Source of the DNA: Candidatus Helarchaeota ASGARD archaeon Hel_GB_B
GTDB lineage: Archaea; Asgardarchaeota; Lokiarchaeia; Helarchaeales; HEL-GB-B
Assembly: GCA_005191425.1 (NCBI GenBank)
Contig: SUPR01000063.1
Coordinates: forward strand, 1-21,812
Length of the DNA stretch: 21,812 bases
Direction: 5' to 3'
Below the pieces are notes generated by a model that was not told where the DNA came from, did no database searches, and saw only the letters and a list, made by a program, of their open reading frames with translations. Below are positions 1-7,205 of this stretch, in pieces. Positions within the stretch are counted from its first letter, which is position 1; each line of letters starts with the position of its first letter. The position numbers were made by a program, and so were the translations under genes.

Positions 1-64
1 CTAAATTATCTATCATCTGAATAATTTTTTCTATCTTGTTTCCTCTAACACTCAACCAAATCAC
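1..64 (-). CDS. possible 5' end of a divergently transcribed gene running off the window (partial)
   Basis: The minus-strand frame is open from GTG at 64 (alternatives TTG at 55, ATG at 16) to base 1 and reads MIWLSVRGNKIEKIIQMIDNL. It lies at the far side of a 380-bp AT-rich intergenic region. Only about 21 codons are visible. Confidence 0.2.
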   Translation of the reverse strand, partial: MIWLSVRGNKIEKIIQMIDNL

Positions 65-441
65 ATTTCAATTTTTTTTCTCTATGTATACATGGCTTTA
101 ATTAATGATTTTAAATGATATTAATGATAAAAAACAAACATGATAAAAATATATTTTTCACTATTGAATAATAAATTAATCATTTAAATATTTATCAAAC
201 ATTAATCACTGAATTAAATTTACATATATATTTTTTTAAAATTTATAAAATTTTAGTGAATTAATTGGACGAGATAATTTCCGCTTTATATTATTTAGTT
301 TCTAATTAATTTTTAATCAAAATAAAATTTAGTAAATAATTTATTAATTAATTTTTTTAAATCTTACAGAAAACAAAATTTTAATAAATTTAGACTATAA
401 TTGATTTTACAATGTGATAATTTTAGAAAAAGGTTAAAAAA

Positions 442-1161
442 ATGACTGACATTAAGAAAATTATCCAAAATGCATATAATGAAAATAGAACGGGGCTGTT
501 AGAACACGAAAGTATCGAAATTCTGGCAGCTTATGAAATACCTGGAAACAAATATAAAATTGTTTCATCTCCAGAAGAGGCAGTAGCCGCCGCTAAGGAA
601 ATGGGTTATCCAGTGGTCGCTAAAATTGTTTCACCTGATATTTTACACAAAACCGATGCTGGTGGGGTAAAACTAAACCTAAAATCAGATGACGAAGTTA
701 AAAGTGCATTTAATGAAATTATGAATAATGCAAAAAAGTATAAAAGCGATGCAAAAATTATTGGCGTTAATATTCAACCATTTGCTAAAGAAGGAATTGC
801 AGAACTAATTATTGGTATGACGACTGACCCTCAATTTGGCCCAGCTTTAATGTTTGGACTGGGTGGAATTTTTGTAGAGATTTATAAAGATGTAAGTTTT
901 AGAGTTTGTCCTATTACTGAATATGATGCAAATGAAATGATTAGAGAAATAAAAGCATTTCCTATATTAGATGGGTTTAGAGGTCGTCCTAAAGCTGATA
1001 TTGATACATTGGTTGAAATTTTACTTAAAATATCTAAATTGGCTATGGAAAACCCTGAAATTGACCAATTAGACCTAAATCCCGTAATTATCTACGAAAA
1101 AGGGAAAGGTGCAGCTATCGTAGATGCTAGAATAATTTTAAAAGAGAAAAAAGAAGAATAA
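442..1161 (+). CDS. acdB: acetate/acyl-CoA ligase (ADP-forming) beta subunit, ATP-grasp domain
   Basis: 239 aa with ACD-beta motifs: GYPVVAKIVSPDILHKTDAGGVKLNL (phospho-His HK[S/T]), ELIIGMTTDPQFGPALMFGLGGIFVEIYKDVSFR, DLNPVII and VDARI. No alpha subunit in the window, so substrate specificity cannot be assigned. Confidence 0.9.
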   Translation: MTDIKKIIQNAYNENRTGLLEHESIEILAAYEIPGNKYKIVSSPEEAVAAAKEMGYPVVAKIVSPDILHKTDAGGVKLNLKSDDEVKSAFNEIMNNAKKYKSDAKIIGVNIQPFAKEGIAELIIGMTTDPQFGPALMFGLGGIFVEIYKDVSFRVCPITEYDANEMIREIKAFPILDGFRGRPKADIDTLVEILLKISKLAMENPEIDQLDLNPVIIYEKGKGAAIVDARIILKEKKEE

Positions 1162-1830
1162 ATAATTTTTTGACACATAAAATCTTCTATTTTATTTTAT
1201 AATTGTCCAATACATTAAATACTCTTAATTTTTAATTAAAAAATTGATACAATTTTATTTTTATATATTTATTACTCTATAAATTATATTTTTCCAAATT
1301 AAAATATATTAAATAATATTCCCATATTCTAATTAAACCTACTTTTCTCTTAAATTGACTGATACTCTTATTCAATTCCTAACTAGAACTTAATTCGCAT
1401 GTCCCTTAAAATTTTTATTACAATAATTTTTTGTCTTTATTTAGTCATTTTTTTAAATTTTATTCAATTTTATTTAATATTATAAAATCAATTTTTTAAT
1501 GGAATTTTTATCATTATATATTAAAAGATAGGTAAATCTTTTTTAATATAAACTTAAACTAATGTATCTAATAAATAATAATAATTATATAATTAAAAAT
1601 TTACTTAATTATTATCACCCTACTTTTTATCCTTTTATTTATAATATAAATTTAAAAAAATCGTTTAATTTATCTTAATTTTGAAAATTTTATATCAATT
1701 TTTACCCATTTTTCTTAGGTCTTATTTAGGCATAAATTTGTTCAACAAGAGATATAATATTTCATGACTATAAAATATATTGAACAATCAAAAATTTTAA
1801 CAAATACAATTTTCAGATGAAGGTGAAAGA

Positions 1831-1938
1831 ATGATCTATTTAATAGCTTTTATGTTATATGCATTAGCAGCTTATGGTATATTATTTTCATTAGTTTTTT
1901 ATATGGTCGCTAAAAAAAAGAAAAAAATAACTGAATAA
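1831..1938 (+). CDS. small single-pass membrane protein, 35 aa (not in ORF track)
   Basis: Hand translation: MIYLIAFMLYALAAYGILFSLVFYMVAKKKKKITE*. About 26 hydrophobic residues are followed by a poly-Lys tail (positive-inside rule). A strong archaeal SD, AGGTGA at 1821-1826, lies 4 nt before the ATG. Confidence 0.65.
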   Translation: MIYLIAFMLYALAAYGILFSLVFYMVAKKKKKITE

Positions 1939-2046
1939 TTATAATTTAGAATAATTATAAAATTTTTATGATAAACTAATCATCAAATTTGTTATCTTTT
2001 ATCATTTTTTTCTTTTTACTATTTTTTTAGTTCTATTTTTTATAAT

Positions 2047-2076
2047 TTATTAGGGGTTAATTATTAGGGGTTAATT
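2047..2076. repeat. perfect 14-bp tandem direct repeat (TTATTAGGGGTTAA x2, plus TT)
   Basis: Read directly: 2047-2060 and 2061-2074 are identical, and periodicity continues to 2076. Each unit carries a GGGG run in an extremely AT-rich spacer about 215 bp upstream of thrC. Confidence 0.85.
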
Positions 2077-2220
2077 TTTTGTAAAGTAAATTAAAAAGTG
2101 ATTGTATATTTGAATTAAATTAAAACAAATCTTTAAAATTTAAAAAAATTAATAATTTAATTAAAGCGGAATGTTTATTTATCCTATTTAATTCCAATAA
2201 AATATACATTTACAATAATT

Positions 2221-2255
2221 TATTCCGTAGTCGTCCTAAAAAAGGAATAGACGAC
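2221..2255 (+). promoter_or_regulatory. GC-richer inverted-repeat element in the thrC leader (putative RNA structure or operator)
   Basis: GTCGTC (2230-2235) is the reverse complement of GACGAC (2250-2255), and TATTCC (2221-2226) is the reverse complement of GGAATA (2244-2249). The repeats are seen directly; the function is unknown. Confidence 0.35.
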
Positions 2256-2288
2256 CAGTTATTAAGAGTAGAAAATCCATAAATCAAA

Positions 2289-3587
2289 GTGTTTAAAATG
2301 AGTATGATCCTAAAATGTATTGAATGTTCTAAAGAATATTCTTTTAATAAAATTAGGTATGAGTGTGACTGTGGCGGCCTTTTAGATGTTGTTCATGACA
2401 TAGAACAAGTGAAAGAAGTAGTTTCAAAAGATTTATTTGATAAAAGGTTAGGGTCTAGAGCGTTTCCATATTTTAGTGGTGTTTGGCGGTATAAAGAATT
2501 AATATTACCTATTGATAACAAATATATTATTACAAGACCTGAGGGAAATACAAATTTATATAATTCAAAAAAAGTTGCAGATTATGCCTGTATTAAAGTT
2601 AAAAATTTATTTTTAAAACATGAAGGTGAGAACCCTACAGGTTCATTTAAAGATAGAGGGATGACTACAGGTACCACAATGGCAAAATTATTGAATTCAA
2701 AAATAGTGGCATGTGCTTCGACTGGAAATACTAGTGCCTCAATGGCAGCATTCGCTTCAGTTGGTAATTTAAAAGCAATTGTATTTATACCCGAAGGTAA
2801 AATCGCATTTGGTAAATTATCGCAAGCGCTTGCTTATGGCGCTTCAACAATTCAGATCAAAGGAAATTTTGATGATGCCATGGCGTTAGTTAAAGACGCT
2901 TCATTAGAATTAAATCTATATCTATTAAATTCAGTTAATCCATTCAGATTAGAAGGTCAAAAGTCTATAATCATTGAAATGTTGCACCAGCTTAATTGGG
3001 AAGTCCCTGATTGGATAATAGTACCTGGGGGAAACCTTGGAAATAGTTCTGCATTTGGGAAGGCATTAAATGAATTAAGAGAAATTGACTTCATTGATCA
3101 CCTACCTCGAATTGCTGTCATTCAAGCAGAGGGCGCAAATCCATTGTATTTAAGCTATTTGAATGAATTTGAAAGATATATTCCTGTAAAAAATCCTGAG
3201 ACTATCGCAACAGCTATTAAAATTGGAAACCCTGTTAATTACAAAAAAGCTGTGAGAGCAATTAGATGGACAAATGGCATTGTAGAACAGGTATCCGAAG
3301 ACGAAATTATGAATGCAAAAGCAATTGTTGATGGTGCAGGAATTGGAGCTGAACCTGCATCATGTTCCACTATTGCTGGTTTAAAAAAATTAATTACAAA
3401 GGGTATTATTAAAGAAGATGAAAAAGTCTGCTGTATTTTGACTGGAAACCTCTTAAAAGACCCAGATGCTACAGTTAATTACCATATGAAAAAATTGGAT
3501 GGTTTTGACATTAAATTTGCAAACGAGCCTATTACTTGCGATGCAGACCTTGATTCCGTTAAAAAAGTTTTGAAACGAATATTGTAA
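2289..3587 (+). CDS. thrC: threonine synthase (PLP-dependent, fold type II)
   Basis: N-terminal Zn-ribbon CIEC...CDCGG, PLP-lysine motif NPTGSFKDRG, then ASTGNTSAS, NSVNPFRLEGQK, PGGNLGN and EPAS. The real start may be ATG at 2298 rather than GTG at 2289. Confidence 0.93.
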   Translation: MFKMSMILKCIECSKEYSFNKIRYECDCGGLLDVVHDIEQVKEVVSKDLFDKRLGSRAFPYFSGVWRYKELILPIDNKYIITRPEGNTNLYNSKKVADYACIKVKNLFLKHEGENPTGSFKDRGMTTGTTMAKLLNSKIVACASTGNTSASMAAFASVGNLKAIVFIPEGKIAFGKLSQALAYGASTIQIKGNFDDAMALVKDASLELNLYLLNSVNPFRLEGQKSIIIEMLHQLNWEVPDWIIVPGGNLGNSSAFGKALNELREIDFIDHLPRIAVIQAEGANPLYLSYLNEFERYIPVKNPETIATAIKIGNPVNYKKAVRAIRWTNGIVEQVSEDEIMNAKAIVDGAGIGAEPASCSTIAGLKKLITKGIIKEDEKVCCILTGNLLKDPDATVNYHMKKLDGFDIKFANEPITCDADLDSVKKVLKRIL

Positions 3588-3606
3588 TAATAATTAATTA
3601 CTACTT

Positions 3607-4470
3607 TTATTTGAGAATAATAATTGATCCATAACCTACTACTCTACTTTTATCTGATATTATATCACCAGAACTTGCCCATTTTAAAAATTTTGCTTGT
3701 CGTGCATTTAATTTATTTGAAGCAATAATTGTAGCAGTTACTGGATTTACTCCACACATTGAAATTCTCTCTTTTGAAACTGTGTCAAATAAAAGTTTTG
3801 CATCTAACTTTTCAATTGCAGAAATTGCCATTCTATCTTTTTTTCTCGCCACTTCATGGGGCTCAAAATGAGTAAAATCTGTACTAGCTACTATTAAAAT
3901 GTCTTTGTCCTTATTTTTTTCTATCACAGATGAAACTGCATCACCAATTATTTTACAATATTCAAAACTATGTGATAGAATACAAATCGGGACAAATTTA
4001 AAATTGCTACCGTAAAGATATTGCAAAAATGGTAATTGGACTTCAATTGAATGTTCATATGCCTGACTATAAAAGTCTGGTTGTATAATATCGCTTTTGC
4101 TTGCAATTTCATTAGCAATATCTACATCTATGTTAACCGTCCCTAATGGTGTCTTCCAGCCCCCTTCATTCATTATTGATACATCAATTCCTCCATGATG
4201 ATTTGGACCAAGAATAATAATTGTGTCTGGTGGTTCTATCCTATCCTTCCATAATTCTAGAAACCCATGTGCTGCAACAGGTCCTGAATACATATAACCA
4301 GCATGAGGTGAAATTAATGAAATTATTTCTCTTTTATTATGTCGTTCTACATCTTTTGGTAATTTACCTGGCCCTACATTTGATTGTAAAAAACAGTTCT
4401 CTATACTTTTCCTAAGAGCATCTGGATTTCCTTCATAAAATTGTCCTGCAACTGCGGGTTCTCTTATCAT
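3607..4470 (-). CDS. amrB: MEMO1 family protein (AmmeMemoRadiSam system protein B)
   Basis: Family motifs REPAVAGQFY, SPHAGYMYSG, ILGPNHH, EHSIEVQLPFLQ, ASTDFTH, SMCG and C-terminal VVGY. Confidence 0.93.
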   Translation of the reverse strand: MIREPAVAGQFYEGNPDALRKSIENCFLQSNVGPGKLPKDVERHNKREIISLISPHAGYMYSGPVAAHGFLELWKDRIEPPDTIIILGPNHHGGIDVSIMNEGGWKTPLGTVNIDVDIANEIASKSDIIQPDFYSQAYEHSIEVQLPFLQYLYGSNFKFVPICILSHSFEYCKIIGDAVSSVIEKNKDKDILIVASTDFTHFEPHEVARKKDRMAISAIEKLDAKLLFDTVSKERISMCGVNPVTATIIASNKLNARQAKFLKWASSGDIISDKSRVVGYGSIIILK

Positions 4471-4642
4471 TTTATCACTTTTTGATTTTTAATTGCATAT
4501 ACTTCTTATTATATATATTAAAATAATGTAACTTTTTAAGAAATTTTTGATAAAATAAAAAATTTAAAAAGATTTAATTATATAATTTGTCAAATTTAAC
4601 ATCTATTAATAAAAAATAATTGAATATTTGAGGATTTTAGAT

Positions 4643-4774
4643 ATGAGTGAAGATAAAGAAGAAGATCGATCTAAAAGAAAATTAAGAAGTTTTTCGATAA
4701 AAAAAGGCGGTGCAAAAAGAGCAGGTGATGCCGGTAAAAAGGCAATTCTTGAAAATTTAGACGATGATGACTAA
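4643..4774 (+). CDS. small highly charged peptide, 43 aa (not in ORF track)
   Basis: Hand translation: MSEDKEEDRSKRKLRSFSIKKGGAKRAGDAGKKAILENLDDDD*. SD GAGGA at 4630-4634 lies 8 nt before the ATG. The segment is clearly GC-richer than its flanks, and a T-rich tract follows the stop. Confidence 0.65.
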   Translation: MSEDKEEDRSKRKLRSFSIKKGGAKRAGDAGKKAILENLDDDD

Positions 4775-4859
4775 AAAACAAACTGAAAATTTTTTATTTG
4801 TTTAATTTATCTTTTATTTAAACACAATTTTTCCATATTATGTATTAGGTTGACAAATA

Positions 4860-6368
4860 ATGGATGAAGAAACCCCAATTAAGTTTAAGAGTATCGATTT
4901 AATTTGGATGTTTACTGTAGATTTAATACATCCTATTAAAAATTTAAATGAAGCAATAAATAGAATTGCGGCAAGTAAATATTGTGATGGATCATTAAAT
5001 TATTATACTGCAGAAGATAGAATAAAAGGAATTGGTGAACTTAAAATATATTGTCAAGATGACTCAAGAAAAGATTATTGCAATAAATTATTGGATTTAT
5101 TTTTAAATACTGATTTTTATACATTGGACGAAGATTATTTAGAAGCACGAAGTTTCGTCCGTTTTATTTTAAAAGATATTAAATTAAAATTTCCTTTTTA
5201 TGAAAAATTTTTCAATGTTCAAGTCCTATTAACGGTATCAAGTTTAGGGATTGGTGTATTTTCTTTCTGGGCATCAATCGACGAAGGAATTGATTCAAAG
5301 ACTATTGCTCGGCTTCAAATCCTTCCCATGGAAGAAACAGGCAATATTTCAGCTGAACTACCTATTGAGTTACTTGAAGAGTTAAGTATTTTAGATAGCG
5401 ACTATAAAGCTGTTTACGAAAAAAGAAAAGCTCAAAATAAAAATGTATTTCGGCTTAAAGAAATCAATTTTGAAGCGATAATTGGTTATTATTGGTATAC
5501 TATTATTAATAGGTTATATAATTTTAAATTTAAGTCTCAATCTGAAATATCTGATCAATTGAGATGTGAATCTTATTGTGTTTTTCCAATTGTATTAATT
5601 CACTCTAAAGAATATAAATATGCAGATGAATTGATAAAAGAAAAACCGAAACAATTATACCAAATTCTCTCGCATATGTATAATATTGATTATACTTTAA
5701 TACTTTCAGATATTTTAGACGAATTCCTTACTCCCAACATAACTGAAAGGCGAGATATAGCCTATTTAGATGCTCTCGGTTCGGTATTATTAATCTTTGG
5801 ATCTGAAACGAAAAAAATAATTAAAAAACAGATGAAATATGATAATAAAATTGTTTCTGTAGAATCTGAATATCAAAAAATGATAATTGAAGCATTTATT
5901 ATTATTGAAATTTTGCAGATCCAGAGACAATATTTCAATTTCTTAACGCAAATTTTGACCCGACCTATAGCCGAAATGAGTCCTAAAGAGATATCAATAA
6001 TCAGATCATATCTATCTAAAGCTTTGGATATGTATCATGGAAATGTTACAGGAAATTCTCTGGCGAGGAAAAGAATGAACCACGGTAAAGATATCATGGA
6101 AATAGATGAAAGTTTCGATATGGTAAACGAGAAAATGGAGCTTCTAGGTGATGCACTAAGCAGTTTTAATGATTTAAGGACAAGTTTCTTTGAGATTGCA
6201 CTTGGACTGATCTTAGGTATTGTTCCATTATTTTATATCTTTTCCCCATTTCAAGATTCAATAATGAATTCAATTTTTGCTATTACTATCACGATATCCA
6301 TAATTTTAATTTTCACACTGCTATCAAGATGGTATTGGCGTAATATAAAACGTAAAGAAATCAAATAA
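4860..6368 (+). CDS. uncharacterised protein with two C-terminal TM helices, possibly a divergent CorA/MIT-like fold
   Basis: 502 aa. A large soluble region is followed by long amphipathic helices (IIEILQIQRQYF...VNEKMELLGDAL), two hydrophobic segments (FFEIALGLILGIVPLFYIF and IFAITITISIILIFTLL) and a basic tail. The CorA GMN signature is absent. The fold call is inference. Confidence 0.75.
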   Translation: MDEETPIKFKSIDLIWMFTVDLIHPIKNLNEAINRIAASKYCDGSLNYYTAEDRIKGIGELKIYCQDDSRKDYCNKLLDLFLNTDFYTLDEDYLEARSFVRFILKDIKLKFPFYEKFFNVQVLLTVSSLGIGVFSFWASIDEGIDSKTIARLQILPMEETGNISAELPIELLEELSILDSDYKAVYEKRKAQNKNVFRLKEINFEAIIGYYWYTIINRLYNFKFKSQSEISDQLRCESYCVFPIVLIHSKEYKYADELIKEKPKQLYQILSHMYNIDYTLILSDILDEFLTPNITERRDIAYLDALGSVLLIFGSETKKIIKKQMKYDNKIVSVESEYQKMIIEAFIIIEILQIQRQYFNFLTQILTRPIAEMSPKEISIIRSYLSKALDMYHGNVTGNSLARKRMNHGKDIMEIDESFDMVNEKMELLGDALSSFNDLRTSFFEIALGLILGIVPLFYIFSPFQDSIMNSIFAITITISIILIFTLLSRWYWRNIKRKEIK

Positions 6369-6496
6369 TTTTTTTAATTTTATTGAATGCTTTTATTAAT
6401 CTTTAAATTCATAACATTTATTAAAAGAATTTTTATTTATTAAAAGAAATAAATAATAGTTATCAAAATATATGTTATATTAAAGAAACGATTGAA

Positions 6497-7177
6497 ATGA
6501 CAGATGAAAATAAAAAGATTTCAGCAAAGGATTGGGATAATCTTAAAAAGGAATTTCAAACTGAGCTGTGGAAACGAGCCGAAGTAATAAAAAAATTTGA
6601 TGTTACAAAAATTAAACCGACTAATATTGTATTATTTTTAGAAGACAATGAGGGGGCTGTCCAAAAAATAAAGTTAATTTCTATAAGAGGTAGAGGTGGC
6701 GTTTTAGGAAAACCATGTCCAATTAAGAATGAATATGTCGAAAAATTAATGAAAAAGTATAAAAAAGCATATCCATTCATTTCTAAAATTCTTTATTATG
6801 ATAAACCTTATTTTCCATACTCGAAAAATGATGAAATTGTAAAATTTTCACCTTTATTTATTTTAACTCATAACAAATCTTATGTACAAGATAAAATTGA
6901 CCCTTATAATGTTGAAATGGCTGGTTTTTTAATTAATTACTATCCACATCAGGGTATTTTTCTTGAAGCAGTCACTAAAAGTGTGGCAGGGACTATATCG
7001 GTAATTGAAAATATAATGTATAGAAATAAAGAAGTTTATTCTCGAAAAAATCATCTTTTAAACTGGTTATATTACTTAATAAGCCGGGACAGTTCTTCAT
7101 TAAGGGTCAAAATATTCAATATGCAACGAAAATATTTATTAGATTTTACTGATTATTTAAAATCCTTAAATGAATAA
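6497..7177 (+). CDS. hypothetical protein
   Basis: 226-aa ORF with normal composition and no recognised motif. It ends 28 nt before gatE on the same strand. Confidence 0.75.
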   Translation: MTDENKKISAKDWDNLKKEFQTELWKRAEVIKKFDVTKIKPTNIVLFLEDNEGAVQKIKLISIRGRGGVLGKPCPIKNEYVEKLMKKYKKAYPFISKILYYDKPYFPYSKNDEIVKFSPLFILTHNKSYVQDKIDPYNVEMAGFLINYYPHQGIFLEAVTKSVAGTISVIENIMYRNKEVYSRKNHLLNWLYYLISRDSSSLRVKIFNMQRKYLLDFTDYLKSLNE

Positions 7178-7205
7178 CCTAAATTCCAGTTAAAAGGTAA
7201 GCAAA

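Noticed and set aside
1764-1820. 18-codon ORF MTIKYIEQSKILTNTIFR, Thr/Ile-rich, as a possible thr attenuator leader
   Set aside because: Ile codons are abundant by chance in AT-rich DNA, there are no tandem Thr runs and no terminator hairpin follows. It lies about 470 nt from thrC with another ORF in between.
2050-2070. TTAGGG telomere-like or G-quadruplex reading of the tandem repeat, or an ORB origin box
   Set aside because: There are only two G-runs, too few for an intramolecular quadruplex. The rest of the ORB consensus is missing and no cdc6/orc1 gene is nearby.
279-2171. 10-bp inverted match TTCCGCTTTA (279-288) / TAAAGCGGAA (2162-2171), as element ends or a shared operator
   Set aside because: The match does not extend in either direction, I saw no target-site duplication, and there is no transposase. 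A single 10-mer match is plausible by chance. A genome-wide motif search could revive it.
4221-4415. 64-aa + strand ORF in the track
   Set aside because: Antisense shadow lying wholly inside amrB, with no motif.
4690-4740. KKGG in the 43-aa peptide as a double-glycine RiPP leader
   Set aside because: It lacks the upstream ELSxxEL-type motif, and no peptidase-containing transporter or modifying enzyme is adjacent.
6556-6780. 74-aa - strand ORF
   Set aside because: Antisense shadow of the 226-aa gene. Its Phe/Ile/Ser-rich composition is what the reverse of Lys/Glu/Asn codons gives.
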